Assembly: GCA_047495785.1 (NCBI GenBank)
Contig: JBLDXI010000032.1
Span: 620,001 to 684,000 of the forward strand
Direction of reading: 5' to 3'
DNA length: 64,000 nucleotides
Source of the DNA: Lepidodermella squamata
Taxonomy: Eukaryota > Animalia > Gastrotricha
A model generated the notes under the pieces. That model saw only the letters and a list, made by a program, of their open reading frames with translations, was not told where the DNA came from and ran no database searches. Position numbers and translations under genes: made by a program. Positions 12,495 to 24,022 of this stretch are shown here, one piece after another (positions within the stretch are counted from its first letter, which is position 1; each line of letters begins with the position of its first letter).

Positions 12495-13055
12495 CAGCGT
12501 GTCCCATAAGTAACGCAAGCAAAGAAAATACACAGAAAAGGGTTCAGAAACTCTACAGGGTGGCCAAAATTTCCGCAGAGCGGGAATTCGCTGCGCATCA
12601 TTTTAATGAGGAGTTTTAAGAAATTGAGGAGGTCCATTGGCAAAAGAATGCTTGAAATTCTTCAACTTCTTAAAACTCCTCATTAAATTGATGCGCAGCG
12701 AATTCCCGCTCTGCGGAATTTTTTGGCCACCCTGTAAAATGAGAGACCAATTCACATCTAACTGCCAGAAAATATTTAGAAAAATGCAAAAAATTACGAA
12801 AAATGTAATCAAGCATGCCAGTTGTTAAAAGGATTAAAAAAGTCCGGAGGAATTTTGTAAAATACCGAAAATTACCGAACCAGTTACCATCGGGATTTTC
12901 CGGGTTTTCTCCGGTAAATTTTTCATTTCTTCGGTTGAATAGCAGATAAAAGGCGGACTTTTCTCTCGGTAGGGTAAATTTCAAAAAAATTATTTGAATT
13001 TCCTTCAAATATTTGCCAAATTAAAAAATAGTTGCGCAACTTTTGGGACATGCTG
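12495..13055. mobile_element. Tc1/mariner-type MITE (outer)
   Basis: TA-CAGCGTGTCCCATAAGTAACGCAA ... TTGCGCAACTTTTGGGACATGCTG-TA gives terminal inverted repeats with a TA duplication. Confidence 0.8.
12556..12734. mobile_element. Tc1-type hairpin MITE nested in the previous element
   Basis: TA-CAGGGTGGCCAAAA...TTTTGGCCACCCTG-TA, with ~75-bp near-perfect inverted arms around a short spacer. Confidence 0.9.
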
Positions 13056-13556
13056 TATTATTTGTCGCTTTTTATCCGTTCAAAATCCGAACCAGGCTAT
13101 CATGCAGATCCGTTGCCGAAACAAATCGCCAGGCCACAAGCGTAGAAACGAAGCTACAGCAATTCCATAACGGTAATCTAAAAAATGGCCCCAATAATCA
13201 CCGCCAATTACCTTGAATTCTATGCCAGTCGAAAAACTGATGAAACTGAAAAATATTGGACAGCAACTTGCGATTTTTTGCGTTAAAAGGTTCCGCAAAG
13301 CCGCAATCAAATTTTCCACGAATTTTCGCGATTCATAAAATGTATTTCTTTAGGCATGATGTAAAACAAAGCCATTTTATTTCGTCAAATGAATTTCGTA
13401 TTTACAAATATTTTTGGCAATAGTTGAGCGTTGTGTTAAAATGGCCATTATACCAAATTTCTACGTCACGTAACTAAAATCATTTGTACAATATTGAAAA
13501 AAGTGATAAAAATTTTATGAAAAAATGCAGTCATTCATATATCCAATCGCCTGTGA

Positions 13557-15586
13557 TTAAATCATTTTCTTGCTGTTCGACGCGTACTTCTTCATCTGAT
13601 CGTAGATCACCAAGGTCAAGGCGCCGCCAGTGCTGCGGACCATGTTCGACGAGGCGCCGCGGTACAGGCTCGACATGCCCTCGTGCTGCCACGTCTTAGC
13701 CCAACAGTTCATAGTGCCAGTATAAGCATCGCGGTGAAACATCATCCGGTTACGAATGACATCGAACGGGTGAGACAAGTAGCTGGCGCCAGTCGTAGTC
13801 GCCTGGGCGATGAGCCACGTCCACAAGATCGACGATTTTTCCGGGTACATGGCGCGAACAGTGTCGTAGGCGCCGAAATAAGCAGCTCGGTAGACGAAAG
13901 CGCCCATGACGGACGGGACAAAGCCGCGGTACAGGCCGAACATGCCGCCGCCGGGTGGCTGCTGCGGTATCCCAGCGGCCTCGGACAGCTTGTGAGCGGC
14001 GCCGCGCAGTTCACCCTCGCGCACTTTCGACCCAACTTCTTGAGCGGTTTCGCGAACTTTTGACCCGACTTCTTGCGCCGTCTCGCGTACTTTCTCGCCC
14101 ATGTAGGTCATTTTTTCGCCCATGTGACCGGCCGTGTCCTTGACGGTTTGAGTCATGTTCTTGCCAGCGTTCTTAGCCGCGTTCACCATATCGCGACCAG
14201 CTTCAACCGGGTCGATTTTGTTCATCCGACCGATGTCATAATTGATACTAAATTCAAAATAATCAAAAATTCAAAAATTTCAAAGAATTCCGAAAAATCG
14301 ATCTCAATAAATTTAAAGAATTTCAATTGTTCAAGAATTTCAGAAAACTCATAAAATTAAAAAAACATTAAAAATTAAAAAAACTAAAAATTAATTAGCT
14401 TGATAAATTTCTTGGAGTAAAGAATCTGGAGAAAATTCCGCTCAAGACACATTTTACAAATTTAATTTTTGTTACTATTTTTGAAAAACTTCGAAACATT
14501 TTGAATTTGATTTTAATTTTTTTTTAATTTTTTTAAATGTAATTTAATTTATTCAAATATCCTGATTTTTTAAGGAAGTTGTTGGGGAACCTGTCCTTGA
14601 CGTGGCCTCCATTCAGGTGAAGTTCATGCGTCAGCGTTTTGCTGATATCAGTCGGCAAACGTGAGCCATAAGCCGCGTCGATCGGGTACAGAACGGCTAG
14701 CGAGACAACACCAGCAGCACCGCCACCCATATAGCTGGTCCAAAAGTACTTCATTGGCTCGCGGCGGGCGTCAATGTCACGCAGACCCAACATTGCGTTG
14801 TAGTAGTCACGAAGGGCGAAATTGAGACCCTCGTTTGGAAAAGCACGCACAACATTCGACAAATTGCCACGCCAATAGGTCATGTAGCCTGAAAAAAAAT
14901 GCAGAGCAAAGTGATTAAATTAAAAATAATTTTAAATATTTTTTAATATTCCGCCTTAAAATTAGGAATTTTTTAAGATACAGCTCTCAAGTTTGAAAAA
15001 ATCAGCTTTTGCTCTTAAAATTCTGAAATTTGGAATTAAGGTGGGCAATGTGGTTCCAGATTTTCCTGTAAATTTTGAGAATTTTACCAAATTTTCCTGA
15101 TTTTTCGCCCAATTTTAAAAATATATCCGATAATTTTTGACGCTAATTTGCATATGCATATTGAGAAAATTTCCAAATAATGTTTTTGGGCTACCAACGA
15201 GTTTTACCTTGCTGAGTAGATACACTGGTTTCATGCGGAGTTGGGCTCATCATTTCAATGGGTGCAACCAGAGTTTTAGCCAGGGTCGCTGAAACGCCTC
15301 CGAACAGCATCGACCAGCCGAAAGTTTTCAGGTCAAGCCGCGGTCGTTCGTTGTCACCCGCGCCGCCTGAGCCAATGCCCATGCTGCCGAGCTTTTCGCC
15401 AAGGTTCGGCATCATGCTTTCCTCGCCCTTTGCAATTGCCTTGACATGTTGGTAGGATGATTTCAACGATTCGGGTACGTGGTCCTCGATTTTCTTGTCG
15501 CCGAGCTTCTCCTGAACCTTCTCCTTAGCCTTGTCCGTCACGGCATCGGTTGCTTTCTCAATCACCTTGTTCTTGATCGTGTCCAT
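13557..15586 (-). CDS. Divergent ADP/ATP carrier (SLC25 ANT-like) with an LEA-like 11-mer repeat insertion and a charged N-terminal extension
   Basis: Three exons splice in frame: 15586..~15208, 14888..14591 and 14247..13557. ANT motifs are recognisable: GGVSATLAKTLVAPIE, YWRGNLSNVVRAFP, GGAAG..SL..LYPID, GLYRGF.PSV.G...YRAAYFG.YDT, PFDVIRNRMM, GA.SN..R.TGGAL.LV.YD. Confidence 0.8.
14020..14100 (-). repeat. 33-bp coding tandem repeat (KVRETAQEVGS x2.4)
   Basis: The repeat is seen directly in the DNA and in the translation of the ANT-like gene. Confidence 0.85.
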
Positions 15587-16464
15587 AGTGGTAAACAATT
15601 CAAATAAAAATCTTTGAACAAAAGAAAACCAGTTTAAAATTACCTGAAATAATGATGAAAAATTATTGCCTCAGTTCAGAAATATGCAAAAATGTCTAAA
15701 TCTCGGAGCTCAAACAAAGGGTATTGATTAGAAAAGAACTTGCGGAGTCGATAACAAACTTGGAGGTAACTAACCACGCCGACAAAAGCGGTTAATGAAA
15801 GGGTCGATTTGATATAGCCTCCAAATCTTTTCACTTGGTTTTTGACAAAGTCAAACACGAAAGTCATTAATGAAGCAGAATTTTCGAAATAATTTGAACG
15901 AGATAAAACGAACTAAAAATGTATTTTAAAAATAACGTTGTAATGAAACTGCTATTTTGATAAATTCAACGGAGCAAGAGCTGATTTTCAGTTCATTGCG
16001 TTGTCGTCATTGTTGCGATGTTCGATTGTTACGCTAATAGTGAACTTAATTAGGGTGATGTAATACAAATCATAAATCACAATCCTCAATATTTCGACCT
16101 CAAACCTCAAACCCTTTATCGCCGGGTCTCGAACCTCTGCGATCCAATTCAGGTCAAATGAATGGTTATGGCAATATTTTAAAATCTGACATGAAAATCG
16201 CTAATTCGCCAATTTGTCTGTGTGATTTGCTGCCCTGCAAAAAGTAGGACATTTTCGACAACGGAAGACGCCACTGAATAATTTGAAATATTTTTCGAAG
16301 TTTTACAAGTTCCAGGTGTCATTTGAATACTCAGGGCTATCTATTCCGGATATAATATTCAAATATTCAAATCCGGAAAATTTAGAATAAAATGATCGCA
16401 TGCAAAGGCTGGAACTCCATATTGAGATCATCAGGATCGTCAGACTTCCCATATCGGCACCGGT

Positions 16465-16625
16465 TATAGTCGAAGCCGAAACCTAGCCGAAGCTTTTTTA
16501 GCTTGGTCGAACCTAGCCGAAGCTGTTTTGGCCTGTTTGAACCTTCTGGCACCGGTTAGCCGAACCTAGTCGAAGCACGTTTGGCCTGGTCGAACCTGGG
16601 CGAAATTCGCTTAGGCTTTAGTCGA
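16465..16625. repeat. Degenerate ~30-bp minisatellite (GAACCTAGCCGAAGC...TTGGCCTGGTC)
   Basis: There are 4-5 imperfect head-to-tail copies with no unique spacers. Confidence 0.65.
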
Positions 16626-17365
16626 TAGACAACGTACTTCGAATCCTTTTCTTTCTAGTTCACAACCGGGTCTTTTATCGCAGATCCATTTTGTTGATTT
16701 TAGTAACCCGCTTCCGGCTCGCACTCTCATCTTGCAGTATATCATTGAACATATCCGACTTTGCTTTTTCGAAGTGAACGACTTCCGCCATCATATAGCA
16801 CGCAAAATATCCGCATAAAAATCGGCTTCGAATGATCGAGCTATGCACGCACACAATTGCGATCGCTATTTTCACATTGGGACATTAGCTAGCATGATTA
16901 ATAAAATTTGGTAAAAATTCGGTCCGATCGGGTAAAATACCGGTAAAGACTGAACCCGCTAAACAGGCAGCAATTGGGATTAATATCGGCTTAATTTTAA
17001 TACTGAAATCACAGATAATAATGAAAAAAGCTCTTTGAAAGGTTCCCCCTAAAATAGGGTGAACTTTTCGGAAGAAATACCGAGGTAAGAAATCACTGGC
17101 CAAAACATGGTGTAAATAGGACAATATCATAATAAAAATGCACCGATTTAATGTCAATGTCACTGACTATAACATAATCGATCAGCTTATTTTGATGAGT
17201 TACCTTGACAGGTCACAAGTGTACTACTCTATTGCACTTCCGCCGCCAGCTATATTGGGAGAAACTTGAGATTTTATTGATGTTCCAAAAGCGCAAATCT
17301 CACCTCGTGTCAGCCTAGTATTTTTTCTGCGATTTATTTTGAACTAATTCAATCCGCTCAAAAAA

Positions 17366-18567
17366 ATGAACAGCACCGACTACTCAAAATGCGCGTATAT
17401 AAACGAGGCATGGGTATTAATGGCCAGCCCTCGGCGGGGCTACAACGAACCTAGGCCCTACTTTATCGGCTGGTTTCACGACGTCAGTGGAAAGACTGTT
17501 TCCGAGCGGCTCACCTTCCCAATCATTTACCTAATCGCGACTATTTTAGTCATCGGCACCAACGTAGCAAATTTAGTCGTGTATTATAGGAGAAACGTTC
17601 GACGAGATTTTTTCGTGTTAACGGCATTTCTAGCTGCCGTATCGATCATACATGCTATAGGAATAGCTGTTGCGCTGTGGATACCTGTTCCAACCGGGTA
17701 TTGGGACGCCCCGGCTGGGTTGTGTAAAGGGCTGTATCTATCAATGTCAACGCTTGGAGTCCAGTCAACCTGGATTTTCATGCTGATCAGCTACGAACGA
17801 CGGCTTTGTCTCCTTTCAAACAACCCCAACACCCCGGCTAATACCCGAAAAGTCCTGATATTAGCTCTCCTATCCTTACTCATCGGTTTCGTAGCATTTT
17901 TCACCGTTGCGATTTACCCGTTTGATTCATTGGCAGCGGATTACGTTTCGATTCCTTGGTTCAATAATGGGACACCAGTTTTGATATGCGGCTTATTCGA
18001 TCACAAGTTAACGGGTAACCTGGACACGTCCTTACTTTTGGCTATTTATTTTATCACATTGGCAATTTTTATTCCAAATAACGTCATTGCAATGAACTAT
18101 TGGTAAGATTTGAAAAATTACAAGTTTAATTCATGAAGATTTTTTCAATTTACAGGAAGGTGTTCAATAAGTTTCGCTCATTCAAGAACCAGTTAACTTC
18201 AAGAAAATCACATCAAACTCAGACGATACCATCGAGTTCAAACTCAGCAGCGGTTAGATCGAAAAAAATTCTTCTGAATTGGCAGAAGCGGGAAATGTTT
18301 TACATGTACCAGTCGTTAGCTTCATTCGGAGCTTTCTCGCTGTTCCACGTACCTGTCATGTTTTCGATGATTGCGACGATTCTTTGGAATGACTTTGGAC
18401 CGAATTATTTGTCGTCGACTACGCACAAAATGTGTTTTCTGATGTATACTATCGAAATGGCAATCGCGCCGGTTATTCAGTGTTTGAAGCCCGGATTCAC
18501 GGATGACATCAAACGCTTTTTATCGCCTGTTTTCAGACATTTCAAGGTTTCCGCATCTGATTCATAA
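17366..18567 (+). CDS. Divergent class A GPCR, paralogue 2
   Basis: Exons 17366..18102 and 18156..18567. The intron position and motifs are the same as in paralogue 1. Confidence 0.9.
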
Positions 18568-18667
18568 TTTACAAATTTGATGGTTGTTTTAGAAAAAAAT
18601 GGGTTGATAAAAATGAGGAGTGCAATCAGAAATCCCGTCCAGGTATACACATTTTCCCGATGCTGCT

Positions 18668-19187
18668 TATAGGATAATGCAGTGCGCAAAGTAGGATACC
18701 GTATTTTATCGAATAGTATCCTGGGATATTATTCTTTTCCGAAATCGAAAAGCAGTCAAAAAAATCGGGCTATTATTCGAGGGGGCTTTTATTCAAGGCA
18801 GGCTATTATTTATCCTAAAACGTCAAATCATCACTTCAGCAGACATTTTTAGTCAATTTTAGGTTAAATATATTCCTCTTTTTCGCTGTTATTAATTTGA
18901 ATGCACTGTAGTTATCTTCCTCGTTGTCGCAGTTACTCTTCTGTACGTCTAAATTGTCTTTTGGTACGCTAGCCACCTCTCCCAATCTTTCTACATAGGC
19001 TGATCATACTAGACCTATTGTTATTACTATATGGAATGTGGCTATTATTCGAGGTGGGCTATTATTAACCTTTGGACCCAATATTTGGATGAATTTTCGT
19101 GGCTATTATTCGAGGGGGTTATTATTCGAGGTTGGATACTATTCGATAAAATACGGTATCCTGCTTTGCGCACTGCATTATCCTATA
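18668..19187. mobile_element. pogo/Tc2-like MITE (18699..19156) inside a ~60-bp palindrome
   Basis: TA-CCGTATTTTATCGAATAGTATCC...GGATACTATTCGATAAAATACGG-TA with internal GGCTATTATTCGAGG repeats. The inverted symmetry continues ~30 bp outward (TATAGGATAATGCAGTGCGCAAAG). Confidence 0.85.
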
Positions 19188-19736
19188 GCTGCAATACCCA
19201 ACACCACAGCAAAATAATGGCTTTGAAAGATGCAAGTTCTCTTATCACTGAAAAATATCCCGTAACGTCAAGCGTTTAACAGTAAAGTTTTCTGGAAAAA
19301 AGTTCTAAACTCTCCTGCTCTGATGATAACTTTGATGATAAGTCCCATTTTCCATGCCACAATTTTTACCGTGGTAAGTACACCTTTTCTAGTGACGTCT
19401 AGGGAGGACGTGGAAAGCGTCCGCACCTCGTCGCCGCCCCTGAAATCCCCTGTGACTCTGCTGGCTTCTCGGCTGAGATATCACGATCCTTCAAACATAG
19501 ACAATTAATAAGTCTTATTATTTGTCTATGAATCTCAAATATGTCGATTCTAGCAAGGAAAACAAGGAAGTCATGCACTTCTATTGTAGCCTTTCAGCCT
19601 TTCAAGAGGGCTCCACCTTCCGAAATCTGAGAACTTCCAGCCAGAGGCAGTGAAATAGCGCATCATTGAACCGAATTAGAAGAAGTTTATAGCTGCTTAC
19701 ATCCATAAATAAAGATAGCAAATTCTGCTTTAAAAT

Positions 19737-20928
19737 ATGAACAGCTCCATCTATGACAAGCGAGCCTATATAAATGACGCCTGGGTCATGATTACTAGCC
19801 CGAGGCGAGGCTACAACGAACCGAGACCATTCTTTGTCGGATGGTTTCAAGATTTGAGCGCACGAACTGCTCGTGAACGCATTACGTTCCCAATTATCTA
19901 TCTCATCTTGACAGTCATCGTAATTGTAACAAATGTCGTCAACTTGGTCATCTACTACAAGCGTGATGTTCGCCGCGATTTCCTAATACTAACTGCGATC
20001 CTAGCGGCTGCTTCGATAATACACGCTGTTGGGATATCAATAGCCCTTTGGATACCGGTTAGGACTGGCTACTGGGACGCCCCTGCTGCGCTATGCACTG
20101 GTCTTTCTTGGGTGATGGCAAATCTGGGTTGCCAGGCAACCTGGATCTTCATGTTGATCAGCTACGAGCGGCGTCTTTGCCTCCTATCAAACAACCCGCA
20201 TACACCGGCCAATACCCGGAAGGTGTTGACGATGGCGTTTCTATCTATATTACTCGGCTTTATCGTGTTCGGGACAGTTCTTGTCTACCCATTCGACGCT
20301 GGAGCCGCTGAGTATGCCTCTGTTCCTTGGATAGCAAACGGGACAGACGTTTTGTTTTGCGGGCTGATTCACCACAAGCTATTCGGCGATATCGATACAT
20401 CACTACTGCTGGCAATCTGTTATGCAATGCTCTCAGCTGCCATTCCTAACAGCGTCATTGCAGTGAATTACTGGTATAGTTTGTAGGATAATTCGAGCCA
20501 AAATACTTATATTCTTTGCGTATTTACTCAGGAAAATATTCAGCAAATTTCGAGCTTTCAAGATTGAGTTGAAATCAAAGTACAGAACTGAATCTTTCCA
20601 TTCCAGCTTGAATGCTCGCTCCTCGAAAACCCTACTAGCAACCTGGCAGCAGCGTGAAATGTTCTACATGTACCAGTCGCTAGCATCCTTCGGAGCTTTC
20701 TCGTTATTTCACTTGCCACTGATGTTCACAATGATTTGTATGATCCTATGGAATGGCGCCGGGCCAGATTATCTGTCGACAACTGCGCATCAGATGTGCT
20801 TCTTGGCTTATACCGTCGAAATGGCAATCGCGCCGGTAATTCAGTGCCTAAAACCAGGCTTCACCGATGATCTCAAGCACTATTTCAAGATGCTTAACTG
20901 GCGCAGGAAAGCCGTCGTACCTATATGA
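19737..20928 (+). CDS. Divergent class A GPCR, paralogue 3
   Basis: Exons 19737..20473 and 20532..20928, with the same motifs as the other paralogues. Confidence 0.9.
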
Positions 20929-21509
20929 GATTCAATGCGGCCTATTAATGGCCTTTTAAATTAACCGGTTTACATTATAATATATAATATAAAATTGTGT
21001 TCGTCCATATTGGTGTCAAGATTGGGTAAAGTTGATATTTGTTTTACATTTTTTTGAGCGTTCAAGCTACGTCTGCTTAGAGAATAACAAGGCCTTCAGC
21101 CCGTTTCACAGCAGAATAGGTCAAATTCAGGAACGACACAGTAGGCAATGAGAGGTGAAACCTGCCGGAAAAACTTCCTCAAATAGCGCTTTCCTCTTAA
21201 ACCCGGGGCGTGTGAAGTGATTGTCGTCGAGGAATACGGCAATGCACCTCCGCACTTTGAGCGTGTTTGACGCTCCGTCGCAACCGTACAAGTTGCACGG
21301 TTTGAGCTTATCGAAAACGAAACGAAAAGCTTTTTAATTTGTCCTTTTTTCCTGATGAATGATGCCTAACGAAAATGTTCAATTTGGAAGGTAAGAAAAA
21401 GGCGCAGGCACAGCACGAAAAGGCGCTTGTCCGGGACAGTGCGCCACTCATAACACTGGACGGGCACATACTGAAATTATCACAAGGAGCGGAATTATCA
21501 GACACAGCT

Positions 21510-22000
21510 AGTGATTAGTGATAGGACAGCAGAGACGGAAGGTAGAGAACGTGAGAAGAAGAAACAAGGAAATAAGCAGGAAGGGGAAGAAGAAAGAGGA
21601 GAGAAACTAACATTGTGGGACAGGGAGCGGGCCGGGCGGCAGGCGAGCGTTGAGAAGGAAGACAGGTGACTTCACAGGCGGCGACGCGGAAAGCCGAACA
21701 TTCTCGATGTCTTCGCGAAGCGACAGCACAAAGCGGACGACGTTGTCGGCATAGCGGCACTGGACGGCTTGTAAGTGCGAGGACAGACTGGGCAGGCGAC
21801 AGCGCTCCTCCAGCACACGAACACGATCATCGAGACGGACATGGAGAATGGCGCGCAGACAGCTATTCTGAAGCACGTCTAGGCGGCGGAGCGGTGTCTT
21901 CGCAGCAGACGCAAAGGAAACAAAGCCGAAGGTGGCGATGGAACGGACGAGCGCCAGGTAAGGGGTGCGGCGCCATCGGAAAGACAGCCCTGGCCGGCTA
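21510..22000 (-). mobile_element. Decayed 3' fragment of a non-LTR retrotransposon (RTE-like)
   Basis: The translation CLRAILHVRLDDRVRVLEERCRLPSLSSHLQAVQCRYADNVVR resembles the post-RT C-terminus of RTE-clade LINEs. It is followed by a pyrimidine-rich 3' tract. A related short fragment lies on the + strand at ~19390..19475. Confidence 0.55.
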
Positions 22001-22788
22001 ACAACCGAGCGGAGTTCGGTTGTTAGGTCAACTTCTCATCGAACGGAATGCCCAGAATTCGAAGCACAGAGACTTGCGGGATGGCAGTGCCTCCACTATG
22101 CACTTATCGCCAGCCACTATGCATCAAGCATCAAGTCAACCGCACACGCTAACACGGAATGTACCTCACACTTCAGCGAAGTTGGATTACAATCTTGAAA
22201 TTGCCTTTCGCAATATTCCATATTCCGCTGATGCATAATATTATGACTTGTATGATCCTTTAGATCGACGCTTCGCAAGAATATCCATCAATTTCATTAC
22301 CGTCGTCAGTTTCATCTGTGTTCCGCGTTTTAATAAAGGAAGGACAATGCGCCTAATTTGAATATCTTCCGAGATGAGCATAATACATGTAATACATTTC
22401 CGATCTCTCCGTTCTCTAACGATCAACGTGGGAAACTGCACAATACACTATAGTTCATGACATCATCGTTCTCTGTCGAGCGTTTCCGGGATCTAATGAC
22501 AATTTATGAATATTGATTTTGCATGACATTTAAGGTAACGATTTGAATTTCCCCGAGCGGAAGCAAAAGCCAAAAGCCGGATGCAAAAGTGGGAAAAGCT
22601 TTATAGCATTAGTCATTATTTCACAATTAAATTCCACCTAATAGCGAAATCTGAGAGCGTGTTTACACCACGCGAATTCTTGAAACTTGACATATAAGTG
22701 GAACTACCGAAACGCCGTGCAGACATTATCCATACAATCGAGAATATATTTGCACTAATAGACGACACACGAGCCTGTTTTTTAAGCG

Positions 22789-24022
22789 ATGAACAGTTCC
22801 AGCTTTGATAAACGAGCATACATGAATAACGCCTGGGTTCTAATACCGAGTCCGAGGCGAGGATACAACGAACCGAGGCCATTCTTTGTTGGATGGTTCC
22901 ACGATTTGAGCGCAAGGACAGCAGAAGAACGCCTAACATTCCCTATACTCTACCTGTTCGTGACCACCCTCGTAATTGTAACAAATGTCGCCAACTTGGT
23001 CGTATACTACAAGCGTCACGTCCGACGCGATTTTTTTATTCTAACCGCAATTCTAGCTGCAGCCTCGATATTTCACGCTGCTGGTACGTGTATAGGGCTG
23101 TGGATAACCGTTAGGACAGGATACTGGGACGCTCCTGCCTGGTTATGCACAGGGCTGGCCTGGATGATGCCAACTATTGGTTGCCAATCTACTTGGATCT
23201 TCATGTTGATGAGTTACGAGCGGCGTATTTGTCTCCTTTCGAACAATCCTCACACATTGGCCAATACCAGAAAGGTATTAATAATGGCATTTTCATCTCT
23301 ACTTTTAGGCTTCATCATTTTCGGCACTATCACTGTCTATCCATTTGATGCTTCTGCTGCTGAATATGCCTCTATTCCGTGGATAGCAAACGGTACCGAA
23401 GTTTTGTTTTGTGGCCTGTATAACCACAAGCTATTCGGAAACTTCGACACTGCACTATTGTTCGCCATTTACGTCGTTTTGCTCTCTGTTATAATTCCAA
23501 ATAACGTAATCGCGCTCAATTATTGGTATAAAATCACAAATTATGAACTGGTTACATCTATAAGTATTGAAAATTCTATTTGTTTTCAGGAAAGTATTCA
23601 GCAAATTTCGGACCTTCAAGAACGAGCTAATCTCAAAGCACAGAACTGGGACAGTAACGCCTCAATTGAGCACAGTCGTTCGTTCTCAGCCAATTGTGGC
23701 GAACTGGCAGCGGCTTGAAATGTTCTACATGTACCAGTCGCTAGCGTCATTCGGAGCTTTCTCGCTATTCCACATGCCGCTAATGTTTAGTTTGATTTGT
23801 TTCATACTTTGGAACAGCGCTGGGCCAGATTATCTATCAACAACAGCTCATCAAATGTGTTTTCTGGCTTACACCATCGAAATGGCCATCGCGCCGATTA
23901 TTCAGTGTTTGAAACCTGGTTTCACGGATGATTTCAAGCGTTTTTTCAAGATGCTCCGGTGCAGCAAGATTAGAGTTAAAACAGGTCGGAAAACACCGAC
24001 CTACCCAGATTCGCGACCATAG
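22789..24022 (+). CDS. Divergent class A GPCR, paralogue 4
   Basis: Exons 22789..23525 and 23590..24022, with the same motifs as the other paralogues. Confidence 0.9.

Noticed and set aside
16100-16165. GGTTCGAGACC B-box-like motif on the minus strand
   Set aside because: No cloverleaf or A-box can be built. At most it is a SINE remnant.
16465-16625. Repeats superficially like a CRISPR array
   Set aside because: The units are degenerate and head-to-tail with no unique spacers, there are no cas genes, and the context is eukaryotic.
10403-24022. GPCR cluster as opsins
   Set aside because: There is no Lys at the position equivalent to rhodopsin K296 (a Thr lies seven residues before the TM7 Pro).
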